The position numbers were made by a program, and so were the translations under genes. Positions 1-10,302 of a stretch of 64,000 nucleotides of DNA are shown here, piece by piece (positions within the stretch are counted from its first letter, which is position 1; the number at the start of each line of letters is the position of its first letter). Under the pieces are notes generated by a model. That model searched no databases and had not been told where the DNA came from. It worked only from the letters and a program-made list of their open reading frames with translations. The stretch covers positions 3,968,001-4,032,000 of the forward strand of contig OZ244621.1 of the NCBI GenBank assembly GCA_965218425.1. The letters are read 5' to 3'. The DNA is from an uncultured Candidatus Binatia bacterium. GTDB lineage: Bacteria; Desulfobacterota; Binatia; UBA9968; CAXXLF01.

Positions 1-182
1 TGGTTCCCCATACGGGTGTATGCGGCTTTTCCTCCTCTTCGTTCCCAGTCCGCCAGTTGCAGGGTGGTCAGGTCTTCCAGGGCGCTGCCTTCATACAGCG
101 GCACTCCTTCGCGACGAACAAAATTCTGATAGGAGCTTCTTACATACCACTCATCAAAAGTCATCGATTTCTCGGTCGCCAT
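1..182 (-). CDS. Cupin-domain (bicupin) protein, 5' part only; runs off the window edge
   Basis: Not in the ORF track. Manual translation from ATG at 182 (AGGAG RBS upstream) gives MATEKSMTFDEWYVRSSYQNFVRREGVPLYEGSALEDLTTLQLADWERRGGKAAYTRMG, which parallels the N-terminus of the cupin at 11746-12846 (YENWMEAQRIPIIDGLGVTDL..L..WERLG). Confidence 0.7.
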   Translation of the reverse strand, partial: MATEKSMTFDEWYVRSSYQNFVRREGVPLYEGSALEDLTTLQLADWERRGGKAAYTRMGN

Positions 183-208
183 TTTCTCCTCACTTCCTTG
201 ACTGCTCG

Positions 209-1174
209 CTACCTACCGTTCTCCGTTTCCCAATAGGCAACCCCCATACCCATCACCGCACTGTAAAAGGGCTCGTAGGCAAGGACCTTGGCGGGGACTT
301 CCCCCACGGCCCCCACTAGAGTGATCCAACTCCGCATCTCGATGCCCCCATTGTCGAGCAGGTCCCTCGAGCTCAGTTCCGTAAGCTTCTCCCCATGGCC
401 TCTTTCCATGTGTGCTACGGCTCTGCGGTCGAATTCCTCACTGATGGAGCCCACGCTGTAAGGCCCCTTATAATGTTTCCAGGGATAGCCGGCGGTAAAA
501 TGAGAAAGTCCCCCCGAAGCATAGATGGCAACCCGTTCCCCCGCAGGCCGACTCTCAACGATCTCCTTAATCGTGCGGCCAAGCCCGTAACACCTTGCGG
601 GGCTCGGAGCAGGCACGTGGATCGCGTTGACAAAGATAAGAACCACCGGGATATCCGCCTCGGGCACCACCATTTTCAAGATAGGACCGTGGGCGTGGGA
701 GATGAGCTCCGAATTGGGGAAAGACCTGCAAAACGACATGTCAAAATCCCGGTCCACCAAACCATCCAGTATGCTTTGAGCGAGCGTGGAATGTGAATCA
801 TACCTGGCCCCCCGCTTTCTCGCTCCACCCCCACTACGTTCCGTGTTGAAAAATTCGTCTCCGACGTAGATGGCAAATTGCGGTACGTTTTGTTCTGTGA
901 AATGCTCGTCCTGATCGTCTCCGATAAGAATCAAAGCATCGGGTTTTTTCGCTTTCAACGTCTCGCGGAAAAAGTCGAAACCGCCGCTCACCCGACTGTA
1001 CCTCTTCTGGTTGCCTTCCAGGGTCTCCTCCGCAATCTTTGGGTCCAGCGGCGGTTCCACCCCGTACCGGCGTTTATAGTTTGCCTTGGTCCGCTGCCGC
1101 ATGGTCTCCCAGCCCGCTGGATTCACCAAAGCATAGGCATGCGACGACGCCATGCCTGCCACGATTTTACCCAT
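209..1174 (-). CDS. Class III extradiol ring-cleavage dioxygenase, LigB-like
   Basis: MGKIVAGMASSHA start, PDALILIGDDQ, SHAHG, SGGLSHF and GGIEMRSW motifs typical of the LigB family. Confidence 0.85.
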   Translation of the reverse strand: MGKIVAGMASSHAYALVNPAGWETMRQRTKANYKRRYGVEPPLDPKIAEETLEGNQKRYSRVSGGFDFFRETLKAKKPDALILIGDDQDEHFTEQNVPQFAIYVGDEFFNTERSGGGARKRGARYDSHSTLAQSILDGLVDRDFDMSFCRSFPNSELISHAHGPILKMVVPEADIPVVLIFVNAIHVPAPSPARCYGLGRTIKEIVESRPAGERVAIYASGGLSHFTAGYPWKHYKGPYSVGSISEEFDRRAVAHMERGHGEKLTELSSRDLLDNGGIEMRSWITLVGAVGEVPAKVLAYEPFYSAVMGMGVAYWETENGR

Positions 1175-1234
1175 AACACACTCCTTTCCTCATGAAAAAA
1201 GAACCAATCCGTCTCTAAACTTGCCCATACACCA

Positions 1235-2362
1235 TCACTTTCTTTTGGCCTGTGCAAGGGCTCGATTAACAATCTTATAGATAGGTGTCATATCAGAGGT
1301 CCGATCCAACTCGATATAATCGTTTCCCTCTTTCCATCTGACCTCAGGTAGGACGATATCTTTTGGTATATCAATGCGGCGTGACTCGGCATCCTGAACA
1401 TCTCTTAATACTTGTTGCAGTTTGCTCTGGCCTTCTCGAGAAAGAAGCCAGTTAATAAATACCTTGGCCGCATTGGGATGGGGGGCATTCTTCATGAGCA
1501 CCAGATTGCCCGAGTGAGAAACTATCCCGCTTCCCTCCCCCCAACCCTCAGTTTGAAATGAACCCACCGGTAACCCTTGCCGTTTTGCCGCGTCCACCTT
1601 CGAACAGAAAAAACATATGGGATACTTTCCAACGGCGAGCCAATCCGTCCCTTGGCGGGTGTCCCGATACAGGGTCAAATCCATGTCCTCAAATAGACGC
1701 CTGATGAACTTCGGTCCTAGCTTGGAGTTGTGATAAAAGAACAGCATCGCACCATTCCCCGGTCCTGGGCTCCTGATATCCCGCGCCATGAGTTCGCCCT
1801 TCCTCTTGGGGTCCACAAAGTCCCAAAAGGAATCAAAATCCTTAGGATTGATCTTTTTGGAATTGTAATGCACGCCGCCTTGTTGAACCACGCTCAGGTA
1901 AGTGAAGATATATCGCTCCTCAGGATCCGGGTAGAAGTGTCCCCCGCGCCACTTGGACGTATCCTCAACTTCAGGGAGCATGATAGCAGGGCGGATCGGA
2001 TCAAGGACTCCAGCCTTACGCAGATCGTTGACGGACCTCACCCCCGCACTGTACACATCCGCAATGTGCTTGCCGGCCCGCCGTTCGGTTAGTATGCGTT
2101 GCGTGATATGACGGGTTTGGCCGGCAACGGAGACCAGCTTGACGTTCGGATATCGCTTCTGAAAGGCACGAAACACCCCGTCGTAACCCGTCTTGATGTA
2201 AACGTTAACCCGGCCTTCCTTCTTGGCGGCAGACAAAGTCTTCTCCCACTCTGCCTGGTCGGCCCGTGCCATGTGCACCAGGCTTACCAAAGCAAAGAAA
2301 AAGACGATCATTGCAAATAAGACTCTCAGGCTTGTACTGTTTTTCTGATCGCAATACATCAT
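1235..2362 (-). CDS. Extracellular solute-binding protein (AfuA/PotD-like), subtype A
   Basis: Signal peptide ending ARA; WEKTLSAAKKEGRV, ERRAGK, APHPNAAKVFINWLLSREGQ. Confidence 0.85.
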   Translation of the reverse strand: MMYCDQKNSTSLRVLFAMIVFFFALVSLVHMARADQAEWEKTLSAAKKEGRVNVYIKTGYDGVFRAFQKRYPNVKLVSVAGQTRHITQRILTERRAGKHIADVYSAGVRSVNDLRKAGVLDPIRPAIMLPEVEDTSKWRGGHFYPDPEERYIFTYLSVVQQGGVHYNSKKINPKDFDSFWDFVDPKRKGELMARDIRSPGPGNGAMLFFYHNSKLGPKFIRRLFEDMDLTLYRDTRQGTDWLAVGKYPICFFCSKVDAAKRQGLPVGSFQTEGWGEGSGIVSHSGNLVLMKNAPHPNAAKVFINWLLSREGQSKLQQVLRDVQDAESRRIDIPKDIVLPEVRWKEGNDYIELDRTSDMTPIYKIVNRALAQAKRK

Positions 2363-2531
2363 TAGTTTACCTCCACTTCAAATTTCAGTAGCCTGTCCGG
2401 TGGACGCTAAAGCTTCCCGAACCGATCAACCTATTCCACTTATTCAATCGAAATATCTGCCATGTCCGATGGTGTCGTCCATCCTACTCTGACCTGGCAC
2501 CGTTCTGCCGTTACCCTGAGAACAAAAATCT

Positions 2532-3659
2532 TTACCTCCTACGGCGGCTCTGCTTGATGATCTTCTTGATGAAGTTTTCCAGTGAGGTCATGTCGGCATA
2601 TTGCGGCTGATCTACATCGAAATAAGTTGCCCCCTTAACTAGCCTGTATTCCACGGGAACGTCATCCTTGGGTATATCGATCCTCCGTGAGTTGGGCGGG
2701 GTACCTCTGCTCAACCTTTGCATCTCTATCTGTCCCCTACGGGATAGAAACCAGTTGATGAAGACCTTCGCCGCATTGGGATTGGGGCCTCGGTTGACGA
2801 GGCTCATCATGGAGCCACCGCCACTAATATAGGCCCCATCTTTCTTCCACGTGTTGCCGGTGAAGGAGTCCACTGGGAGGCCTTGATTTTTGGCTGTTCG
2901 CAACCTCTTACACCCCAGACAAAAAGAGAATTTTCCATGACCCAGCCAGTCGATCATCTGACGCACGCTCTTGCTTAAGGTCACATCCATGGTCCCGTAA
3001 AACTTCTGGATATATTCAGGACCAAGGTGCGGGGTGTGGTAAAAAAACATCAGAGGCTGCCCGATACCTACCTCTCTGGGATCTAGCGACACAATTTTAC
3101 CCTTCCACCTTGGTTTTAAAACGTCCCAGTACGAGCTAAACTCCTTTGGATTCACGAGGTTCACGTTATAAGCAAAGGCACCCGATGGTCGTGCGGCGTA
3201 AAGAAAAATATACTTACCCCCAGCGTCGAGAAATCCGTGTTTGCCTCCCAGCCATTTGGTCTCATCCTCGACCTCGGGTAGTATAAATGCGTTCTTGATG
3301 GAATCTAAGGCCCCGTGCTTGCGAAAGTAAGTCTGCGTTCCAGGACCCACGATGAGCACATCGGGAATGTATTTACCGGCTCTCCTTTCAGCTGTGATCC
3401 TCCCCATTAGCCCGGCCGGTCTAGCGGTAACCGACAACACTTTGATACCGGGATACTCTTTCTTAAAGACCTCGATGGACTGCTTGTAGCTGCTCATGTA
3501 AACCGCGACTTGCCCTTCTTTTCTTGCAGCTGCCACTGTCCTTTCCCATTCCGTTTGCCAACTGGCCCAAGCGGTGCAGGTTAGCCAAAATAAGCAGACA
3601 AAAAAGGTTGCCGTATGAAAAAGGCACACCTGCCTTGCAGCTTTATAAAGCCTATCCAT
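2532..3659 (-). CDS. Extracellular solute-binding protein, subtype B
   Basis: Start set at ATG 3659 (AGGAGG RBS). Signal peptide; AARKEGQV, ERRAGKY, PNPNAAKVFINWFLS. Confidence 0.85.
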   Translation of the reverse strand: MDRLYKAARQVCLFHTATFFVCLFWLTCTAWASWQTEWERTVAAARKEGQVAVYMSSYKQSIEVFKKEYPGIKVLSVTARPAGLMGRITAERRAGKYIPDVLIVGPGTQTYFRKHGALDSIKNAFILPEVEDETKWLGGKHGFLDAGGKYIFLYAARPSGAFAYNVNLVNPKEFSSYWDVLKPRWKGKIVSLDPREVGIGQPLMFFYHTPHLGPEYIQKFYGTMDVTLSKSVRQMIDWLGHGKFSFCLGCKRLRTAKNQGLPVDSFTGNTWKKDGAYISGGGSMMSLVNRGPNPNAAKVFINWFLSRRGQIEMQRLSRGTPPNSRRIDIPKDDVPVEYRLVKGATYFDVDQPQYADMTSLENFIKKIIKQSRRRR

Positions 3660-3799
3660 CTTTAATGACCTCCTACAAAATTTTGTTGTGCACTTGCACA
3701 AAGACCAATCCCTAGCCTGCCAATCCACTCATAGCCAATTTTGCATCCCCATTTTTGCCCGTTCTCACTAATTGAAATCGATTCCTGGTGCAATTGATT

Positions 3800-4918
3800 T
3801 TACCCAGAATGTTCCAATGCTTTTTTGAAGACCTTCAATATAGGTCCCATCTGAATCCATTCAGATTGGCCGTCCAAATCCAGATACTCAACCCCTTCCA
3901 TTCGCCGTACCTCTGGCAGGACACCGTCTTTTGGTATATCGATTCTACGAGACTCCGCATCCTGGACATCCCTTAGAACTCTCTGCAACTCCATCTGCCC
4001 TTCACGAGATAGTATCCAGTTTACAAAGACTTTAGCAGCATTGGGGTGCGGGGCATTTTTCATCAGCGCCATGCTGCCCGAATGAGAAACGAGTCCCACC
4101 CCTTCTTTCCAATCGACCCTGAAGCTATCCACAGGGAGCCCTTGTTCCTTGGCCTTCCTTATACGCGAACAGAAGAAGCAAATGGCAAACTTGCCTTTGG
4201 CCAACCAATCCGGTCCCTGACGAAAATCTCGAAACAACGTAACATTCGTTTCTCCAAATAGCCGCCTAATAAACTTTGGGCCGAGCTTTGGATTGTGATA
4301 AAAAAACCTCATGGCACCACTTCCCGGGCCGGCAACTCTTATATCACGGGCCTCAATTTTTCCTTTCCATTTGGGTTTCACAAAGTCCCAGAGGGATTTA
4401 AACTCACTTGGGTTCACGAGGTTCACGTTGTAATGTGCCCCGCCGCGCTGAGTTACACTAAGAAAAATAAAAACATATTTTCCCTCGGGATCTGCATACC
4501 GGTGCCCCCTGTACCATGCAGACTCATCCAACACCTCCGGTAATAGAAGAAGTGGACGGATGGGAGCTAAATGCTTGGCACGATATAGCTGAGGATAGGG
4601 AAATGGAACACCTTGAATAAAGACATCAGCAAGGTGCTTGTGAGCCCTACGCTCGGCAAGAATACGCTGTGTTACTTGGAACGACTGCCCTGTAACACCG
4701 ACAACTTTGATTTCGGGAAATCGTTTCTGAAAAAGAGGGAAAACACCATTGTAACCAACCTTTATATAAACCGTGACCTGCCCTTCTCTTTTAGCCGCGG
4801 CTAGGGTCTTCTCCCATTCCGCCTGCCAGCCGGCCCAGGCACCTTGGGGCAAGCAGATCAGCGATACGATGAAGGTCAATATCCCTGAACAAATGTGTCT
4901 GCGTTTGTCATTGCCCAT
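3800..4918 (-). CDS. Extracellular solute-binding protein, subtype A
   Basis: Likely start ATG 4918 (MGNDKRR...AWA signal peptide); same family motifs as neighbours. Confidence 0.85.
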   Translation of the reverse strand: MGNDKRRHICSGILTFIVSLICLPQGAWAGWQAEWEKTLAAAKREGQVTVYIKVGYNGVFPLFQKRFPEIKVVGVTGQSFQVTQRILAERRAHKHLADVFIQGVPFPYPQLYRAKHLAPIRPLLLLPEVLDESAWYRGHRYADPEGKYVFIFLSVTQRGGAHYNVNLVNPSEFKSLWDFVKPKWKGKIEARDIRVAGPGSGAMRFFYHNPKLGPKFIRRLFGETNVTLFRDFRQGPDWLAKGKFAICFFCSRIRKAKEQGLPVDSFRVDWKEGVGLVSHSGSMALMKNAPHPNAAKVFVNWILSREGQMELQRVLRDVQDAESRRIDIPKDGVLPEVRRMEGVEYLDLDGQSEWIQMGPILKVFKKALEHSG

Positions 4919-4976
4919 GGCATCCCTTCCTTTTAGAAGCATTGTTGCGCGCCAGTTGGGGCACCGCCACGGTTTT

Positions 4977-6086
4977 CTACCTCTTCTGCATACCCGTCCC
5001 AATAATTTCTTTCGCAAACTCTATGAGGTACGTGGGGTCGGAGTATTTCGGCTGATCCACTTCGAAATACTTCCTCCCCTCAATAAGCTGGTATTCCGGC
5101 GCAATATAGTCTTTCGGTACATCGATCCTGCGCGAGTTCTTTGGAGTTCCTCTGCTGTCCAGTTTCTGCATGGCGATTTGTCCTTTGCGGGAGAGATACC
5201 AGTTTACAAACACCTTAGCCGCATTGGGATGGGGATGTCTATTGAACATCCCGATGGAATCACCACCCGCCGCGAAGTACGTCCCTTCTTTCCATTGGTT
5301 ACTGGGGAAATTTTTCAGCGGCAAACCCTGGTCGATCGCGGATTGAATCCTTTTGCAGCCCATGCAAAAGGAGAATTTTCCATGACCCAGCCAGTCGATC
5401 ATCTGGCGCGTGCTCTTGCTCAAGGTAACCTCCATCTCCGTATAGAGTTTCCTGATGTACTTACGACCCAGCGTGGGTGTATGATAGAAAAACGTCAAAG
5501 GCTGACCGATACCTGTTTCTCTAGGATCCAGGGAGACGATTTTACCCTTCCATTTGGGTTTGAGGACGTCCCAATAAGAGGAAAACTCTTTTGGATCGAC
5601 GAGGTTCACGTTATAAGCGTACACGCCCGAGGGTCGTCCCATGTAAAGAAAGATATACTTCCCTTCATGGTCAATATAGCCGTGTTTACCGCCGAACCAT
5701 TTCGAGGTATCCAAAACTTCGGGAAGGATGAGAGCCGGCTTTATCGGCGTTAACGTGTTTCTCTTGTGAAGGAGGACAATGGCGGTGGGTCCCATGATGA
5801 TCAAATCAGGGATGTATTTGCCTGCTCTCCGTTCCGCCATGATCCTCGCGATCACGCCCGCTGGCCTACCCGTAACGGTGACTACCTTTATGTCCGGATA
5901 CTCCCGCTTGAAGGCGTTTAGAGAGGCTTTAGCCGAACTCAGATAGACGTTGACCTGTCCCTCTTTCCTTGCCTCCGACAGGGTTCGTTCCCACTCGCCA
6001 CTCCAGCCAGCTTGGGCATTGCACAGGAAAAAGGTTCCCAGGCAAAAGGCGAAAGCGATGGTTAGCATCTGTCTTGTTCTCAACAT
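4977..6086 (-). CDS. Extracellular solute-binding protein, subtype B
   Basis: Signal peptide ending AQA; ARKEGQV, ERRAGKY, HPHPNAAKVFVNWYLS. Confidence 0.85.
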   Translation of the reverse strand: MLRTRQMLTIAFAFCLGTFFLCNAQAGWSGEWERTLSEARKEGQVNVYLSSAKASLNAFKREYPDIKVVTVTGRPAGVIARIMAERRAGKYIPDLIIMGPTAIVLLHKRNTLTPIKPALILPEVLDTSKWFGGKHGYIDHEGKYIFLYMGRPSGVYAYNVNLVDPKEFSSYWDVLKPKWKGKIVSLDPRETGIGQPLTFFYHTPTLGRKYIRKLYTEMEVTLSKSTRQMIDWLGHGKFSFCMGCKRIQSAIDQGLPLKNFPSNQWKEGTYFAAGGDSIGMFNRHPHPNAAKVFVNWYLSRKGQIAMQKLDSRGTPKNSRRIDVPKDYIAPEYQLIEGRKYFEVDQPKYSDPTYLIEFAKEIIGTGMQKR

Positions 6087-6122
6087 GGGATCACCTCCAT
6101 CGTCTTGTTTTAAACTCGTTCC

Positions 6123-7570
6123 TTATCTTCCCATGGCCGGGTGCCCTGATGAAGCCCCGATATCCTGTATCAACCCGGCCCATCGTTCCATGACTTGTCG
6201 TCTTTCTTCATCAGAGAAAATGTTTGTCTTGGGAAACGATTCCCGCCAGGAATAGGGCTTACAGGCGTCGATCAGCATCCGTCCCATGGTATATTCGTGA
6301 GAGGTCTTTTGCGTTGGGGTCAACCTAGGATCGAGATCGCTGGTCCACGCCGAGTGGATGATGTCCACGGAACTTGACGGGTCCACCCTTGTGCACAGCG
6401 CCCAGAGGAGATCTCGCATATTAGACGGGTCGATGTCTTCGTCCACGGCAACATAGTAACGGAACATGCTTCCGCCCGCCGTTATTCCATTGGCCGTGAG
6501 CAGTGCCTGCTTTGCATGGCCTGCATAGCGTGGCCGAAGCGCAATCACCAGCATGAGCCCCTGGCAATATCCCCACACACCCGTGATATCCGAAACCCCT
6601 GACCGTTCAAGGTGGTCCCAGACCCGCGCAGCGACTCCCGGCAAATCGTCATACCATCCCAGCAACGGCCGCAGCGGTGGGCTGCCGTAGACAATGGGTG
6701 CCGTCCGGTAGGAGATGTGCTTAACCCGTACGACACACTCTTGACCCGAATGGGAATAGTAGCCCGGCCACTCGCCAAAGGGGCCCTCAAACGCCGTCTC
6801 CTCATTCGGCGACGGCATTTCTCCTTCAAAAACAATTTCGGCATGGGCAGGTATCGGGAGACCGGTTCGTGGACCGTTCAGCACTTCCACTGGCGCATCT
6901 CGCAGGGCACCCGCCTCTTCGTATTTTGCTCGACTTGTGGCAGCCATAAAGGTCAACGGATCACATCCAAGCACCAGGGCCACTGGGCAGGGCAACCCCT
7001 TTGACCAGTATTTTTCCGCAATGATCCTGTCGCGCTTGTGCCCGATGACCCACAAACTCACGCGGTCTCGGCCCTGCACACATGCACGGTAGGTACCAAA
7101 GTTGATCCATCCCGTATCCGGGTCCCGAACCACCACAATGTCGCCGGTCCCAATATAGCGGCCACCGTCACCCGAATGCCATTTGGGAGCGGGAAACATA
7201 GAGATATCGACGTCCTGGCCCCCTAGTTGATGTTCGAGCACGGGACCATCATCAACCGGCACCGGTGGGTGCGGCTTTTGCTTTTGACGCCTCTCCCTTA
7301 GTAATTTTACGAGTTCTATGGGGTGTGCATCTTTGGGCAGGCCCAAAGCCAAGGCGTATCGGCGCAGGCTCTTTGCATAGACATTACTAGCAACGCGGAA
7401 ATCTTGCGGAAATCCCTGAAAGCGATCGAAGAGAAGCAAGGGTCCATCGCGCTCGGCTGATAACTCGGTCAAACAGCCCACCTCAAGCTCTAAATCGGCA
7501 CCGTGGACAATTTTCACGTCCCAAACTCTTCAGCCGTCTTTATGAATTCCCCCAAGGATTTATGAGCCAT
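6123..7570 (-). CDS. UbiD-family (prFMN-dependent) decarboxylase; -1 frameshift near the 5' end (~7520)
   Basis: NFGTYR, EGPFGEWPGYY, VDEDIDP motifs. The likely true start MAHKSLGEFIKTAEEFG (ATG 7570) is out of frame by one G in a GGG run (expected GGG GAC GTG). Confidence 0.85.
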
Positions 7571-7702
7571 CATGATCCTCACCTTCCGGCTATCTAGAAG
7601 TAGAGACAGCAACGACCGGGCCCGAAGCCTAATCGGACCTCACAAACGAAGCTTCAAGGTAACTTACCCGTCAGCGGCGCGAAGTTCCCACGACGCCCCA
7701 AA

Positions 7703-9007
7703 CTACGACCGACCTTCATAGGACGGCCTGCCAATCCAGCCGCGACCCTCAGCAACCAACCGGCGGCAGTAATCTCTCCAATCGACGGAAGCGGGGATGA
7801 TTCCGTAAGTGGCCACGATGGGCGGCAGAGTGCCCGATGGGTCTCGCAGCACGCCTGGCGGGTCACGCTCCTCCTGGACATCCTTGATAGCGCTCACGAG
7901 AAGCTTACGTCCCACCACGATGGGCGCATCAGAGGGCATGAGATGCTCCTGGGTCCGGTCCTGGATGGGGCCTGCTCCCTCTGTTGCGCAAAGATCCTGG
8001 GCCGCAAAATACTTCATGTCGATACCGCTATAGCTTTCCGATTTCATGGCCTCCCGTTTCTGCAGGTAACGGTTAGCCTTGTGCGGAATTGCCCTGTAGT
8101 CCGGCGGAGGAGTAAAGCTGTCACGGCTTCGCCTAAGCTCCTCCTTGTTGTAGGGCTTATCCTTATCGAATGAAATGACGTACTTCCAATGATGCGTGTC
8201 GTCAATTGGCACATGCCAGTTGAGTCCTCCGGCAGGGAATGCATAGTAATTTGGCAGAATCAGCGTCCCAACTCGTATGTACCGTTTGTCGGGTGCGATC
8301 TTACGGATCTTGCAAACCCTGAGTCCAAGACCCTCCACCACTTCCGCTTCACAGGTTTCCAGGTATGGAGCTGAGCCTCCTGAGCACAATTGCTCCGCGG
8401 AACCTGCGCCAGGGGGACGATTGGCTCCGGCGCTCACCTGCAAGTCTCGCGCGCTGTAGTGCAGAAATGAAACATGCAGGAGATCGATGTTACCCTCATT
8501 GCCTTGGAGGTAATTGCATTCGCTATAGATCTTTGTGGCGAATACATGTTCTTCCGGGTGAGCCAAGAAATCGTATTTGGGAAGTACCGGCGGCTCGCCA
8601 TGTCCAAGGTAGGCCAAGACAACCCCGTTACGTTCCACACAAGGATAAGCTGGATGACGGATGGAGCCCCGATGCTCACCCCCTCCCGGTTCCCCCGGTT
8701 GATCCAGGCAGCGACCGTTGATATCGTAAAGCCAGCCGTGGTAGATACACCGGAGTCCTCCATCTTCCACACGGCCATAACTCAAATCCGCCCCCCGATG
8801 TGAGCAGTGAATTCCAAGCAACCCCGGACGCCCCTTATCATCTCGAAACAAGACGAGATCTTCTCCCAGGAGCCGAACGGGCAGTGGAGCCCCACCTGGA
8901 GGCAACTCTTCTGAGAGTGCCGCGGGCTGCCAGTAACAGCGCAGCAACTCTCCGCAGGGAGTGCCGGGACCCGTTTGTGTCAACAATGCGTTTTCTTCTT
9001 TTGTCAT
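7703..9007 (-). CDS. Rieske non-heme iron oxygenase, phthalate 4,5-dioxygenase/LigX-like alpha subunit
   Basis: CSHRGADLSYGRVEDGGLRCIYHGW Rieske motif; EGNIDLLHVSFLH and QD iron ligands. Confidence 0.9.
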   Translation of the reverse strand: MTKEENALLTQTGPGTPCGELLRCYWQPAALSEELPPGGAPLPVRLLGEDLVLFRDDKGRPGLLGIHCSHRGADLSYGRVEDGGLRCIYHGWLYDINGRCLDQPGEPGGGEHRGSIRHPAYPCVERNGVVLAYLGHGEPPVLPKYDFLAHPEEHVFATKIYSECNYLQGNEGNIDLLHVSFLHYSARDLQVSAGANRPPGAGSAEQLCSGGSAPYLETCEAEVVEGLGLRVCKIRKIAPDKRYIRVGTLILPNYYAFPAGGLNWHVPIDDTHHWKYVISFDKDKPYNKEELRRSRDSFTPPPDYRAIPHKANRYLQKREAMKSESYSGIDMKYFAAQDLCATEGAGPIQDRTQEHLMPSDAPIVVGRKLLVSAIKDVQEERDPPGVLRDPSGTLPPIVATYGIIPASVDWRDYCRRLVAEGRGWIGRPSYEGRS

Positions 9008-9087
9008 AGGCCCAATCCCTCTTTATTATTAATTAAATGGAAAACCAATAGAGTTTGATGAAGTTTTTGGAATACATGATCCATTGC

Positions 9088-10217
9088 TTACCGTCGAGCT
9101 TTCTTAGCCTCCGCTAGTGCCTTATTAACAACCTTATAGACCGGTCTCATATCAGGGTTCCTATCCATCTCAATATAATCAACTCCATCTACCCATCTAA
9201 TTTCGGGCAGAACATTGTCTTTTGGAATATCCAATCTGCGGGACTCCGCATCTTGTACGCCCTTCAACACTCTCTGCAACTCCATCTGGCCGTCTCTGGA
9301 AAGAAGCCAGTTAATAAAGACTCTGGCCGCATTGGGATGGGAGGTATTCTTCATGAGCACCAGATTGCCAGAGTGAGAAGAAACTCCAGCTCCCTCTCCC
9401 CAATCTTTGGAATTAAAGGAATCCACTGGCAGTCCTTGTGCTTTAGCTTGATCAATTCGCGAACAGAAAAAACATAGGGGAAATTTTCCCACCGCTAGCC
9501 AATCGGCCCCCTGACGGGTTTCCCGGAACAGCGTGAGGTCCATCTGTCCGAATAGACGCCTTATAAACTTTGGCCCAAGCTTCGGATTGTAGTAAAAAAA
9601 AGCATATTCGCATTGCCTGGACCAGGTGTCCTGATGTCCCGAGCTTCTATTTTTCCCTTCCACTTGGGCTCCAAGAAGTCCCAATAGGAATCGAACTCCT
9701 TCGGATTGACAAGATTGACGTTAAAATGAGCGCTTCCCGAGGAAACCGCACTCAAATAATTAAAAATATGTTTTCTCTCAGGATCAGAAAAAAAGTGACC
9801 CCTACGCCATTTGGATTTGTCCGTTACCTCCGGCAGGATTAAAGCGGGCTTGATGGTATTCAGCGCCTTGGCTTTATAAAGACTGTTGGTGGACCTCACG
9901 CCCGCACTGTAGACGTTAGGAATGTTCTTTCCGGCACGTCGCTCCGCTAAAATACGCTGGGTGATATGACGGGTTTGGCCGGCGACTGAGACGATCTTGA
10001 TATCTGGATACTGCTTCCGAAAGGCACGAAGAACCGCATCGTAGCCGACCTTCATGTAAACTGTAACCTGGCCTTCCATTTTTGCCGCTGATAAGGTTTT
10101 CTCCCATTCAGTCTTCCAGTTGGCCCGAGTCACCGTGCTTAGTCCCCGCAAAGCTACAATTAAAGTGAGACACCTCACCACGCTCACTTGGAAAGCAACC
10201 TTGCGAAGGGGGCGCAT
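9088..10217 (-). pseudogene. Extracellular solute-binding protein, subtype A, split by a -1 frameshift (or sequencing error)
   Basis: ORFs 9561-10217 (N half) and 9088-9684 (C half) join if the 8-A run at 9594-9601 were 9 (ML-FF-YYNPKLG). Confidence 0.8.
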
Positions 10218-10302
10218 CTTTGACTACCTCCCATGCATCAAAATTTCTTTTGCAAAAGACGAGCCTTTGCGGAAAAATCCCTCGCCTGCCAGGTCACTAT
10301 TC

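Noticed and set aside
4773..5753. 326-aa plus-strand ORF and similar long antisense ORFs (29408-30292, 54812-55582, 58146-58871)
   Set aside because: Shadows of well-supported genes on the opposite strand; no motifs of their own.
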